Shown piece after piece: positions 33,393-49,331 of a stretch of 64,000 nt of DNA. Source of the stretch: the human T2T-CHM13v2.0 reference genome, Homo sapiens. The position numbers and the translations under genes were made by a program. The stretch lies in the NCBI RefSeq assembly GCF_009914755.1, contig NC_060925.1. One strand, written 5' to 3'. Numbering within the stretch: the first letter of the stretch is position 1; each line of letters opens with the position of its first letter. The notes under the pieces were generated by a model. It saw only the letters and a program-made list of their open reading frames with translations. It made no database searches and was not told the DNA's origin.

Positions 33393-34575
33393 TTAGAGAC
33401 AAGCTGTTCAAGAGTTTTAAGAGAGAGGTGCACAGGCATAAGCATATTGTTAGTTATACACATATGGTGGTAAGTGTGCTTGCAAAAAGGTCTGTTAAAA
33501 TATATACTAGGCTCTGGAAGTGTACGCTGTGTAGTGTTACAATTCTATACTTAAAACAAGGAAAACTGACAGTATACTGTGTTTGCTTACAAGTAGACAA
33601 AATGCAAAATACACCTGTACAAAAATAGAAGGCATTCCATTTATATTTTATAAGGTGAGAGGGGCTCTGATTGTAAGGAAAGCTACTGAACTTACAGCTC
33701 TTTGAAGACCAGGACCCATCTTTTCTTATTCATCTTGGTAGCCTAATAGAGTGCCTGTCCTATAATTGACTCTCAGTAGATAATTACTGTTTGGATCTGT
33801 TATTCTCCTCTTTAACCACTGCTGCTGAATAAACTTCCCAAACTCCTGCCAGATAACTGAATTTGAATCACTTTGGCTCTCTCCCTTGAAATTCTTATCC
33901 CTTCACCTGGCCCAGGGATTTTTTTTTTTAACTTTTTATTTTGAAATAATTTTAAACTTTCAGAAAACTTTCATAGAGTTCCTGGGTTCCCAGCTTTTCT
34001 TCATGTTAATATCTTATATAACCATAGCACAATTATTGAAACAAGGAAACTAATATTATTATAATACTTCTATTAATTTCAATTTTGCCAGTTTTTTCAC
34101 TTATATCCTTTCTCTGGCCCAGATCCAATCCTGGATCCCACACTGTACTAAATTGTTGTGTCTCCGTAGTCTCTTCCAATCTGTTAATGTGTGATAGTTC
34201 TCCAGTCTGTCTTTATCTTTCATGACCCTGGCAATTTTAAAGAGCATTTTTAAGGTTTCTTTTTAAAAATGTTCCTCAATTTGGGTATAGCTTATGTTTT
34301 CTCATATTTAGATGGAGGCTATGCATTTTTGGCTATGCATCCTACAGAAGGGATGCTGTATAAGTCTTAATGCATCATATCAGGGGTATATGGTGTCCGT
34401 ATGCCTTATTGGTGATGTTAACTTTGATCACTTGGTTAAGGTGTCTGCCCAGTTTTTACTCTGTAAAGTTACTATTTTTCCCTTCATGATTAATGAGTAT
34501 CTTTTGCTCACTGATTTTAGCATCCACTGATGGTTCTTGCCTACAATTATTACTATGGTATGTGTCTAATGATGA

Positions 34576-34887
<312 letters not shown>

Positions 34888-35205
34888 TTAAATTTCTACA
34901 TTTCTTCTACATTCAGTAATTGGAAAGCTACTGTAAGGAAGATCCATTTCTTCTTCCTCATTTGTTTATGTAAGTATGGCCTCATGAATATTTATTTTAT
35001 TCCATGGCTTATAATCCAATACTGTTATTAATTTATATTTTTGCTTAAATTGTTCCATCTTTGGCCATTTGGAGTTCCTTTGAATTGGTTTTTGTGTCCG
35101 TTCCACATGTTTTTGAGCACTTCCATACTTTGAAGTACCACAAGATATTCCAGGCTCATCTTATATTTTCCCAGCACCCACCCTAGAGCTCCAAGGAGCC
35201 CTGAT

Positions 35206-35432
35206 TTCTTTTCTTTTTTTTTTTTTTTTTGAGACAAGATCTCGCTCTGTCACCCAGGCTAGGGTGCAGTGGTGCAATCACAGCTGATTGCAGCCTCTTT
35301 CTCCTGGGCTCAAGTGATCCTCCTGCCTCAGCCTCCCCAAGTGTTGTGGTATGCACTACAGCTGCTTACCACAATACTTAGCTAATTTCCTAATTTTTAT
35401 TAGAGGCAGGGTCTTGCTATGTTGCCCGGGCT
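35206..35432 (-). mobile_element. AluJ, 5'-truncated
   Basis: Poly-T plus right arm and a partial left arm. Confidence 0.85.
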
Positions 35433-35565
35433 CCTGGTTTCTTTTATTGAAGAATGGCATTTAGAAACCAAGTCTGAGTGCTAGATGTGCTTCCTGCTCC
35501 TTGGTGTCATTGCTTCTGGGTCCTTTGAGTGGGCAGAGTGAGGAAATATACGTATATGTACTAAC

Positions 35566-35842
35566 ATGTATATAATGTAGCATTCAGAGTTCCTCCATGT
35601 CTATCATGGGGATACACACACACACACACAGACACACATACACACGGACTAGTATTTTCTCCTACTGAGATTATTCCTAATTTGTATGATAGAATTAAAT
35701 ATAAAAGCATCACGATTTTCTGGTGCTTTGCCATGTGAATAAGTTTGAAAACTACTTCATAGGGCAACTTGGAAGGAGATGTATAGGCTTAAACTATGTA
35801 TATAATGTAGCATTCAGAGTTCCTCCATGTCTATCATGGGGA
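35566..35842. repeat. Perfect 47-bp direct repeat (35566-35612 and 35796-35842)
   Basis: atgtatataatgtagcattcagagttcctccatgtctatcatgggga occurs twice, offset by 230 bp. Confidence 0.95.
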
Positions 35843-37235
35843 GACAAGGGGATGAGGGAAAAGACCTTTCAGCGACACGTTTCCAACTCAGATAATGGAG
35901 CTCATACACAAATTCCTTTTATACTTCTACATTTTTCTGATGCTGATGGCAAAGAGAGGTAGGCTATAGAAAATCTGAACAGTGAGTGTTGACAGAATGG
36001 TAGAGACAGCAACAGAAGCAACGCTTTGAGGTTTATTAGGCAATAATACCAATGATAGGAGCAGCTACCACACCTGTTAGTTTGCACTAGTTTCATATGC
36101 TGTCGGGTTCAGACGTTCATGTAGTCATGAAATGTTTATTGAGCATCTACTATGTGCTTAAAAATCACATTGCAAAAGCCAGCCAAACTTATTTTCAGAT
36201 AAAGCTCCACTGACTCTATGAAGATAAAGTTTAGATCTCCCTGGTAATAATACCTACATTTCTTCCTTAAGGAGGATTAACTTGGTATAGAAGAAGACAA
36301 CTGAGCACAAATGTGGCTGGCTAGGTGCCAGCTCTTTGAAGTTCCTTAACTTGCATAGATTAACCCTGTCAATTCTGAAGGTATAGGAAGCCAGATCGTA
36401 CTTTGATGTCAGAACTGTTTTGAGAGACCATTTATGTTGTGTTTCCTTTGAAGAAGAGTGATTCAAGGCAATCTTTACTTACATAGGGCCAATGAGTTGA
36501 CCTAGGAAGCCTAGAAACAAAAATCCTTTGCCAAAAAAGAGTTGAAAGTAGCTGTAAGTGATTTGAAACATCATATTTACATAAGAGTTTTGAGAGAGAT
36601 CATTTGGAATTAATCTAGTTTACCTAGAGGCAGAGGATTAGTTGCTCAAAATGATTCCTTATGGGAATTCCTAGTTTGATGTCATGCATCTCTCAGAATT
36701 TTTTGGGCACTGGCATGTTTAACTGCAGTCATTTCTGGGGAGGGTTTGTTTATAGATAAATGCACAACTTTACATAAACACAAAGTTTGTGATTGAGACA
36801 TTTTTTAAAACCAGCTAAAAAGGATTTCGAATGGGGGAAAAATAATCACAGAAGCTGAAGGTTCAGTTTCAGAGATACCAAGTTATCAGGTTTCTTTCTT
36901 GATGTCAGATTAATGGGAAATTGGAAACTGAAAGCTGGTGTGTATTACCCTCTTACACTTTAAAATGTTGCTTGTTAAGGCAGGCACATTTTTAAAATAC
37001 TTGTTTGAATACCTGAAGTACAAGCCCTTATTTTCCTGCCTGTATGTCATCCTTCTGATTGGCTGTTCTGATTGTAGCCAGAATATCTGGGCATTTTTCA
37101 GGCAGTTGAGATAAAGAAACTCGTATTTTCTTCTTCATTACTCTTAAATTCATAGTTCAAAATATTTATGTTAGTTTTAAACATAATAGTTTCCTGAATT
37201 AGGTAATTTATAAATGTCACATTGTTTTTGTTTTT

Positions 37236-37542
<307 letters not shown>

Positions 37543-38559
37543 TGTTTTTGTTTTTAATATTTTTATGTTCAAAATGTTGATGTCTTTGAGAATGGAAACA
37601 GATCTTTTGTCCTAATTTGACCAATTGGAACAAGGTATAGAGGTCACAATAGCAGAGAAGTGGCACTGCTGAACCATTATAATTTCATTATTTCAGTCAC
37701 TGATATTAAATCTGGGTTCAGGTTGGGACCCTTTTGGGTTCTTGGCTTCAGATCCCTGAAATGTTGACTGTAGAAGTTTCAGTTCACAATTTTGGGTGGA
37801 TTTTCAAAATTGATCTGCCTGACTGTTAGGAGCAGGTTGCATTTCATACTAGTTGTTTCATTTAAGAACATTTCTAGGAGATGGTTTAGCTTTATAAAAT
37901 TACCTGAAATATCACAACATAGTCCTACTTGAGTTTCCTGAGCTCACTTCTAAGTGATCAGTGTGTAATGGAAAGAAAGTCTCGCTAGTAATTTTTAAAT
38001 TTAGATTTACTAGCCAATCATAATGAGTATCACATATGAAATATAGGCTGGCTACTTACTGCATGCATGTGAATGAGACAGAGCAAATCTCTACACACAT
38101 TATATACATTGAACAAACCATCTTTTAAAAAGTTAAAAATTTCAAGCTGAAGAAGCCAATCTTAAGGAAAAGTTTTTTTAAAGTACAATTTTCTTTGGTA
38201 TTTTTATTGGGTAAAAAGGGTAAAAAGTTTTACTTTAAGTAAATTTTTTTATGGAGCAAAGGAATGCCGAGGGTGGGGTAGCATAAAAATTGTGAAATTA
38301 GAATGCCCAAAGTAATGGGAGAAGCTGTATTAAATTTTGAGTTATGTAGTGCGTTTATCAGAATGTATTCTGTTGTACATTGAAGATAAAAAGCAAGCCA
38401 GAAAGTATTTAGAAAATTTTTATTTTCTCCCACATACTGAGAGAGTAACCAAATCGTCTTAAACATCAACAATATTACCTTTTATAGAACAATTAAAATG
38501 CAAGGTTTCTTTTTGTTATTTTAGTGACAACTTTATCTTGAGTAACTGGCTTTGTCAGT

Positions 38560-38578
38560 TGTGTGTGTGTGTGTGTGT
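38560..38578. repeat. (GT)n microsatellite
   Basis: About 9 GT units. Confidence 0.9.
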
Positions 38579-38644
38579 TTCTATTTGAAAGGCTGTGAAG
38601 AGATTTCTTAGTTTATTCAGTTGCTTACTTTTTTCTCTTTCTTC

Positions 38645-38792
38645 AAAAAATTTTTTAAATGGGCAAATAATAATTGTACATATCCATGGAGTACATAGTG
38701 ATGTTTCTATACATATAATGTATAGTGATCAATCTGATTACTTGGAATATCCATCATCTCAAACATTTATCAGTTTTTTGTGTGTTGGGAAT
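38645..38792 (-). mobile_element. L1MA 3'-terminal fragment
   Basis: aataattgtacatatccatgg...catctcaaacatttatca...tgtgttgggaatg, the reverse complement of the tail of the L1MA at about 3640-3765. Confidence 0.75.
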
Positions 38793-39839
38793 GTTACTTT
38801 GAGACATTTAAGATAAATGTTTTTTTCCCCTAAGATTCCAACTCTTTAAAAACACACTTTATAATTTGGGTGGAGTATATTTTATATTTTTTATTACACT
38901 ATATGGCATATTTTGGGAAAAGGTATTGGGATTCTTCTGAGGTCAAGAAGTTTTATGTTAAGAACAGGAGAAGAAAAAACCCTCAAAATCTAAGTAGGCT
39001 AGTATTAAATAAATTGATGTTTAATCCTTTGAAAGCCAGGGTTTTGCTTGGTATCTAGTTACCTTGTATACCTTGTCTGCTGAACTGATTGAGGATGGGT
39101 GATTCTGTTTTCTTCCAGGAAATGCTTTTCCTCAGTTCCTTAAGCCTCCTGTTTAAAGGGAACTCTTTCAAGAGATTTTCTGATTAAAGATGAGAGAATG
39201 CAAACAGTAGCACTTGGGATAATATCTTCTGGCTTTTGTGATACAATTTTTCTTCCAAATGTAAATTTTTCATTGGGTTGGTTTATCATTTTCCCCATGC
39301 AACTATTTTTTTTTTTTTCACAGAGCCACGTTTTATTATAACTACATGAACTATATATGCCTTGGGGCAAAGACTACACAAAACACAGAAACAGGAAATG
39401 CCTGTTAGGTTAAGAGACATGGGATAATGGGTAAAAATATCTTTTAAAAATTACTTACTGTTGTCAGCATTACTGCAGTAATATAAAATGAAGACAATTT
39501 CTGATTTCATTATCTTGAAAACTTCTTTTACACTTGTACTTTTCCATTTTGTTGTTTCAGAGCAGAAACCTTAACCAAGGAAGTAGTGAAGTTCTGTATT
39601 TTTATTCTATGAATTTAAATCATTTTGAAACCAGTCATAGCTTAGAGCTGTGCCTTTCAAGCTGTTTTATTGGCATATGTTTCTAAATATTAAATATCAA
39701 CTGGAAAGTAGAAGTAAATTAATGTAACTAAAAAAGATTTACTTTAGCATATGAAAGGTTATCATCTCCAAACTGTTAATATTTACAAGTGATTTTTTAA
39801 AGTGATAAGCTTCCTTATAGTGAAATACTTATTAAGTAG

Positions 39840-41700
39840 GCTCATTTATTCAACATGTATAATTATTTATTGCTTTCTATATGACCAGCTTTCTATATGT
39901 TAAGAACTGGATATATAATCATTAGTGAGCAAAACATTTATGGGTTCTTCTATTGGAGTTTATGCATTAGTTCATTTGGTAGATAATTGTTGAACACCAA
40001 CTATGTGCCAGACACTGTTCTATAATTTAGGGTTGTGCTTTGTGGAGGGAGAAATAAGTAATAAATGTGGTAAGTGCTTAAATAAATGATTAAGATCATT
40101 TCAGATAGGGATCAGTACTTCAAAGTGAGTAATACAGGGAGAACTAATGAAGTACCTGAGCTGATCTACTTTACAGACTAGTAGAGGAGATAATTTTAGT
40201 ATAATTAATCACATAGATAAATATGATAAATGCTGTAAAGGAAAAGCAATGAGTGTTTATGAGAGCTGATAAATGAGGGAGATAAGGGATAGTTCATTTT
40301 GGGGGAATCGGGGAAGACTTCTGGAAGAAGTAACATTTGAGCTTAAATCTGAGCTACAACTAGGTGTTAGTTTTCTAGGGCTGCCATAACAAGTATGACA
40401 AACTGGGTGGTTTAAACAGCAGAAATGTATTGTCTCTCAGTTCTGGAGGCTAGAAGTCCAAGACCAATATGTAGGCTGGGTTGGTTCCTTCTGAGGGCTA
40501 TGAGGGAGAATCTGTTCCATGCCTCTCTCTTATCTTCTGGTGGTTTGTTGGAAATCTTTGGTGTTACTTGGTTTGTAGACACAATAGCCTGATCTGCCTT
40601 CACATTCACATTGTGTTCTCCCCATGTGCTTGTCTGTGTCCAGATTTCCTCTTTTTATAAGGACATCAGTCATACTGGAGTAGGGACCCACCCTACTCCA
40701 GTATGAACTCATTTTAACGAATTACATCTACAACAGCTTTTATTTCCAAATAAGGTCACATTCTGAGGTACTGAGGGTTAAGACTTCAATATATGAATTT
40801 GAGGGGGACATAATCCAACCCGTAATACCAGGAGTTAGCTAGATGAAGAGAGGAGGGGGGATGACTTTTCAGGAAGAGAGAACAGCATGTGTGAAGGTAT
40901 TGTGTTGGAGAAGCATGGCTCATTTAAGAAATGAAGTGTAGCTGAAGCATAGAAACTGAGAGGAAGAGTGAAGTGACAATTCCGGAGACATTTTGAAGGT
41001 AGAATAGATAGAGGGGACCTAATGACCAGCTGAACATGCTGTGAAGGAAGGAATAATCAAAGATAATTTCCTACCTATAGCTGTGATGAAAGTATTTTCA
41101 CCATTTTCAGGTAGAGATATCCAGTAGAAAGATAGAAATTTCTTTCTATAGATCAAGGGAAAGATTGAAGCTGGAAATAAGGATTTGGAAGTAAACTATA
41201 TTATAGGTCAAAAGTAGGCTAAAATTACTCAGGAAGAATGCTTTTAGATGAGAGGGCTGAGACCTAGAACCTTAAAAAACATCCATATTTAAAGAGGGGG
41301 CCAGAATAAAAAGCCAACAAAAAAAACAAAAAAGCAGGAAAAACAATATGCAGTAAGAAAAAGTAGATGGATTACTGCTTGGGAAACCAAGCTAGAAGAG
41401 AGTTTTGAGAAGGAGGGATTGGTTGATGGCATCAAATGCTACATGAAGGTAAAGTAGGATGAGACCTGGAGAGAGATCTGATCTCATTTGCCAGTTTGAG
41501 GTGATTAGTGAGTACAACAGGTTATAGAATAGTGAAAGTGGAAGCCAGGATTTGGGTGTGTGTGTGTTGAGGAGTAAAAGGCCAATGGAGAAGAAGAAGG
41601 AGTAAATATAAACAACTATCTTAAGAATTGGCAATGAAGGGAAGGTGATACAGGGAAGCACATACAAGTTTTAGAAGATGGTAGAGAGCTTAGGAAGATC
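39840..41700 (-). mobile_element. L2 fragments, interrupted by an MLT1 LTR
   Basis: cattttattcaaca-like 3' ends, actatgtgccagacactgttc, gaagagagttttgagaaggaggga...tcaaatgcta. Confidence 0.65.
40365..40827 (-). mobile_element. MLT1 (MLT1C-like) MaLR solo LTR
   Basis: tagggctgccataacaa...ctcagttctggaggctagaagtccaaga...ccaaataaggtcacattctgaggtactg; TSD ctagg/ccagg. Confidence 0.9.
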
Positions 41701-42351
41701 TTGTATGACTGAAAACCAAGAGCAAGAAAATTAATGGGGGTGGGGAGAGGAGAGGAGAGGAGGGAGTGATACCTTACATAAAGATACGTAAGAGAAGTGT
41801 TCCCATTTAGGATTTGCTTCCTGGCATTTCTCAGGAATTTTATGTTTTTCTAGATTCCCAAATGCTGAAAAATTTGGTGGGGAAATCAGGAAAACAGGCA
41901 GGGTATTGTAATTTTCCTTCACGTTTAGCAGTCAAGGCAGAGGTTACTGATTAAATTCATGGACATCAAGTCTGCAGCAACAGCAGGAAACATGACACAG
42001 AGAGTCAAAGGTTAAGATGGCTATTTCTGGGAAGCTGGAGAGGAACACAGGACAGAAAGCTTCACGTCTTATTGTGGCTTTGCCGTGTACTAGTGTGTAT
42101 TCCTAGCCCTGACTACTGCTAATGGTGAATCATTCTTGCAAATAACGTAAGTATGAATAAGCTTATTCACATAGTATATTTTGTATATGATTCCAGTGAG
42201 TGGTGTCCCGAGAAATAATAAGTTTTGACAGCAAAATCTTAAATTGGTCATTTGGACATGTGATTCTTTGTAATGCTATTAATGTTGCTAGGAGATCTGA
42301 ATGTTACGTTACTTGAATACTATACCTAATAATGTTTGCTGAGGGCTTCCA

Positions 42352-42717
42352 GTGTTTGGTATCTGCTACAGGCTACGATTATTTGTAAATACTTTTGACA
42401 GAATAAATGCAAGAGATGATCACAGTGTGGCTATGGAACACTTTGATGTGAAATCAGAAACATCTGTAATCTGGATTAGCAAAGCAATATTCACTTTAAT
42501 GGCAAAACCGAAATCAGTGCAAGCATACAAAATATTTTTATTGTTAAAGAAGAAAATGAGCTTAAATGAAGCAAAATGTGTTTGAATGTCCAGCTTGGTG
42601 ATCACACCAACATCTATGCAACATGAAAGAAAGTTTTCTATGTCTGGAATGTTTGTCATGAAATAAAAGTCAAGTCTCAAGGCAATTAATGTTTTATGTG
42701 TTTTAAATTTTTATTAA
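42352..42717 (+). pseudogene. Fossil hAT-superfamily transposase C-terminus (dimerisation domain)
   Basis: One frame read through stops gives LLKKKMSLNEAKCV*MSSLVITPTSMQHERKFSMSGMFVMK*KSSLKAINVLCVLNFY*, matching the hATC pattern P-T-S-x3-E-R-x-F-S-x2-G-x6-7-R-x2-L. Confidence 0.7.
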
Positions 42718-43045
42718 AAATTGGTGGCTTTTAAATATCAAATATTTGTGATATCATCTGTAAATTTTTAAATAATTTCTATTTGACATGTGTTAATGTT
42801 TACTTCACTTGATGTTTTCTATTATTAGATGTCTATATCAGGTATAGATCATTTTTATGTTACGAAAATATCGATCTTATCACAATACCACAATATATTG
42901 GTTGATAATTATAAACCATGCCTTTATTATTAAATCTTTTGTGTTAAGAAAACTACTAAAACTTTAGTGGTTTTCTATTAAATGGATAATAACCCTATCA
43001 TGGAAAAATTATTCACTGTATATAATAATTACTGTCACTCATTAT

Positions 43046-44586
43046 TGTCATGGGATCCTTGGGATGTTACTTCGCCAACTGGAAACCTCTGTAGCTGGCG
43101 GAGCCTTCTTCCTGAGCACTGCTTGTGCCTGCTGGCCTCATTCCGCCCACTCGACCTGGCAGGCTGTGCTTGGCTCATGCTACCGGCCCGGATCCCACAC
43201 CTGCCAAAGGCAAGCCAGGCATGGAGCGGTGAGGGCTGTGTGGGCGAGTGAGTGTGAGGTCTGGCTGCTGTGCACAGACAGCTAGGCACATCAGCTGCTG
43301 TGGCAGGGCGGGCAGCCCCAGGCGCCGGCACTGACTCCATGGAAGGCTGCGGCTTGACCAGATGTACTGCATGCAGCTTCCACTGCGGGCACCCATGTCT
43401 GGATGAGGGGAATGTGGTGGTGCCTGGAAGCTTGGAGATGCCAGGAACTGCAGAGCCCCAAAGAGAGTGTCACAACCCTGGCTCCGGGAGCTCCTAGATG
43501 TGGGCTCCCTTCTCTCCTTCTTGTTGCCCACAACGTGGCTAATGGAGTGGGGGCGTGTTTCAGCCCTGTTTGTGTTACAGCTCTTTCAGCCCTGCCATTC
43601 AGCAGGTCCTAAGTTCTTGTCCCGTGTCCAGGAATAATGAGGTACATGGACAACTGGAGTGTGAGCAAGGTGGAGAGGAGCTTCATTGAGTGGCAGAACA
43701 GTTCTCAGGAGACCCGAAGTGGGTAGCTCCCTCCCGCAGGCAGGTCATCCCTACAAGTTGAGGAGACGTGAAGTGGGTAGTTCCTTCTCCCAGCCGGTAG
43801 TCCCCATGTCTGTGTGAATCTGACTGGGTGGGTGGTTATGGGTCTCATAAGGCAGGAAGTGTGTACTGGTTGATCCATGGTTGGGCCCAGAAAAAGCTCC
43901 CTAAGTTCTCACTCCCGGTGCAGACTTCACCTAGAACTGACAGCCCGGTCCCCAGGCTTCAGGCCGTCCCTGGCTTGAAGGTGGGGCTTCACCAGGGACC
44001 TACCCCTTTCCACCCAGGAGCCAGTCTGCCTCCTGACACCGTAAGTCACTTTAGTCCATCGCGCCCAGGCTGTTCCTGCAGAGAGGCACCTGCAGGCCAA
44101 TGCTGAGCCACCCTCAGTGCCCCCTCGGGCTCCCTCCCATACTTGTAGGCACCCAAAGTCCAGAGGGGACTGAGGCAGCAGGGGGCTGGAGTGTTAGCAC
44201 TGCCTCAACTGTGCACACACCCGCCCGGGTTGCGACAGCGCCTGGACTCGGCTTCAACTTTGCTCCCAAATCAGAGCGAGTGCTGGGAGCAGGGAGCAGG
44301 GGGAGGCCAGGCAGCAGGAGCAGTCACTTCCAAGCCTGTGGGGGCAGGGGGCTTCTCGGGCCCCCAAGAGTGCAGAGATGCCTGGGTCCGCAGCCATGGC
44401 TGGGTGGCTGTAGCTGCGCCTGGGAGCATGGGGCTCCTGCTTTGCCAATTCGGAAATGGGTGGGGCTCCCACCTGTTCCCGCTCCCGCTGGCTCCCTGGA
44501 ACAGGCACCACGAACCCGGCTGTGCCTCCCCTGCTACAGCCGGCGACGCTGCAGCGGCTGCTCCAGACGGGCTGCGGGTGCCATCA
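43046..44586 (-). mobile_element. MER52-type ERV1 solo LTR (GC/CpG-rich)
   Basis: TG...CA termini (tgtcatgggatcc ... ggtgccatca), 4-bp TSD ttat, about 1.54 kb, abrupt rise in GC content. Confidence 0.85.
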
Positions 44587-45339
44587 TTATTATTTTAAAA
44601 CACATAAATAAATATTTGAAAAATACAGAATAACCTACGAGATTGAGAATTCTTGTAGATTCCAATTTATTTCCTAAAGATTTAGAAACACCACCTAAGA
44701 GATTGATTTGACCCAAAGGCTGGGATTAAGGACCCACAGGTAGAAAAATAAGCATCTGAGTAGGGACACCCTTTCTTCTTTCCTTATTTTGGGGGAAGGA
44801 TTTCAGGATGGGTAGAAATACAGATGCATTTGAAAATCTAGAGAATAGTCTCAGTTTTCTTTCCAAAGGAGTACACTCACACTTCTTAATTGTGATGGGC
44901 AAAGGGCAGGGCTGAGATACCAGAGGTAGGTTGTTATGGTTTGGAACAGCTGACCAGGGATGAGCCTAAGGAGATACTGTCCAGTTGAAGGCTCAGCTGA
45001 AGTTATCAGGGAAATTCTGAAAGGCTCATTAGGAACCTTTTGTAGACCTTGGTGCTTTTTTGCCACTGTACTCTTTCCAAGTAGTTAACCGAATACCAGT
45101 CAACTTAGAAAATAAATTCAACACATTTTACTGTTAATTTGGCTTATATTTATTGTTTTAAGAATAACTGATTTTTTAAAAAAATGATGAAATACAAACT
45201 TCTGCCATTTATCTCATCATTTTTCGCAATCTGTGATTTTCTTTTCCTTTGTGAGGGAATGCTGGGAATACATCAGTAGTTGCCCAGTTCTGACTGTTTA
45301 TAACAAACAGAATAATTAATGTACATTTTATCTCTTTAA

Positions 45340-47245
<1,906 letters not shown>

Positions 47246-48292
47246 AACATGAAACTTTTAAAAATAATGAAAAATATTGTTAGCATATAGTTTTGTATAC
47301 TTTTTAAAAGCCTTTGTCAGCTAAATTTATGAGGAGTTGTACTGTATTTCTAGGATACTTTATTAAGCCTTCTGGGAGGCAATTCAATGAACCTGTCATT
47401 AATCATTTTATTTTGCACCTAATAGTTGTGGTTAAATCTAGAAATAATGAGGTAAGCCTTACTCCCTCAAGGAAACATTTCTTAACATCTATCACTTTCA
47501 CTTTCATTTGAATGTTTTTATTTTAAAAATACATACCAGTTTTATTATATTTACTTTTCTGTATGTACAGAGGCTAAAGTACTTGGTGTTTTAGTTAAAC
47601 ATACATGTAATGTAAAAACATGTACATGTCCATTTCAGATTTATTTTCAAAAGTATATTCCCCATCGAATCTGAATCATAGGAATATTTAAGTCTTATGT
47701 CTTCGCAGTAAGTAGTACATTTTTACTGTAATTTTTTCCCCTGCTTTGTATCTTGATGTCCTGCAGATGAACTGGTGACATCTGATATTCACTAGTCATG
47801 TTCGTTGAGGAAAAACATACACTTTCTTATTAAATCCACTTATCTGTAAAGTTTTGGTCAGGGATTTTAGCTTTTATTATGTGGATTATAGCTTATAGTA
47901 TGTGGAAGAAATCTAACTGCAGGGATATAAACATTGTTTGGGGTGGAAAAAGCCTGCACTAGCAGATGTATTATAAAAGTTGAAGCCAGTATCAAAATGT
48001 CTTTTTCAGAAGTGGTAAATAGAATTTTTTTTTAAACACTGAGATCATAGAGCCGATTGTTGGGGAGGGAACACAGTTACTGAAGTATCAACTTTGTTTT
48101 TATGTGGCATAGAGTGTTCTTAAAGAGTAAAGGTGATTGGTTGAAAAACAAATGGAAAATTCTTAATTTGTAACTCTTGAAACTCTTCCTGCCAAAAATT
48201 TTTTGAAGTGTTCCTTCATTTGTTCATTCATTCAGGAATATATTAATACACTTATCCCTTAAACCATTTTACACATGTGCCATGTACCACTG

Positions 48293-48388
48293 TTTTTTTT
48301 TTTTTTTTAATTTCAACTTTTATTATAGATTAAAGTGTACACATTCAGGTTTGTTACTTGGGTAACTGTGTTATGCTGAGGCTTGGGG
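48293..48388 (-). mobile_element. Very short L1PB/L1PA16-type 3' terminus
   Basis: ttttaatttcaacttttatt...caggtttgttac..gggta...atgctgagg. Confidence 0.7.
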
Positions 48389-49331
48389 AATTTAATAATA
48401 ACAGAAATTTTTTGAATTAAAAGATGCCTAATGGTTTAAAACATTTTCAAATGTGTCACCCACATGACCCACACGACAGTTTACTGCACTTGGTGGGAAG
48501 ATACTGTTTTCAGTGTTTAATAGATAATGTATGAGGCTGCTTTCAGGGTTTGGTTATATTATGTTACTTTCATTGCCGTATATCTCCTGTATATCTAAGC
48601 TAAACTTCTTGACTAGTTTAAATTAACTTATCTAGTTGATATACTTGGGCCCTAATCTGGTTTACTTGTGCACACATCTAACATGAAGTTATTTTAACCT
48701 TGTGACATTTAATCTTTAATGTTTCTGGAGAAAAGAACTAAATATCTTTTTACAAAATAAATTATGAATACCTTTTAAGCAGCTTCTATTTGAAATAACA
48801 CTTTATATAAATATAGGAATATATAATATTCTTATGTAAGAATATTTTATATGAATATAGTCCTTTACCTTTTTGATTCCTACAGCAAGGCCATGAGAAA
48901 ACCAAGGCTCACAGAAATTATGTTTAATACAGTCTTTCCATGTCATTGTGCTACCTCCCCCAAATTTCAGCCTGTTTGAATTTGGGGGAGGAGTTGTGGG
49001 GGGAGCAAGAAAATAGTCTCCGATTCTAACATAGGATGTTTAAAACATTTTAAAAAGTTATTTGTTTTCAGTATCTGCCTGAGAAAGAATTAGAACATGT
49101 CTTCTTAGTTGATGAATTATCATGGGTGATTTTCAAGTTGGTGAAATGGTTAAGAGTAATTAAATAAATGGTTGAGAGTTATTTTGCACATTAAATGCTA
49201 ACTTTTATGTGCATCAGTTAGTCAAAATAAAATCTCCATTTTAATTATGTCCTCACTGCCAAGGGTGAGGGTCTTGTTTGATATTGTCTGGCTTACAGGA
49301 ATGAGATTGTTTAACCTAGAGCAAGAGGAAA

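Noticed and set aside
44100-44633. 177-aa ORF and overlapping ORFs in the GC-rich block
   Set aside because: They lie inside the MER52 LTR, where stop codons are rare because of GC content; no domain is recognisable.
47426-47451. Possible 26-nt microexon (ttttgcacctaatag|...gag|gtaagc)
   Set aside because: Strong donor and an upstream TGC, but a weak acceptor and a length not divisible by 3.
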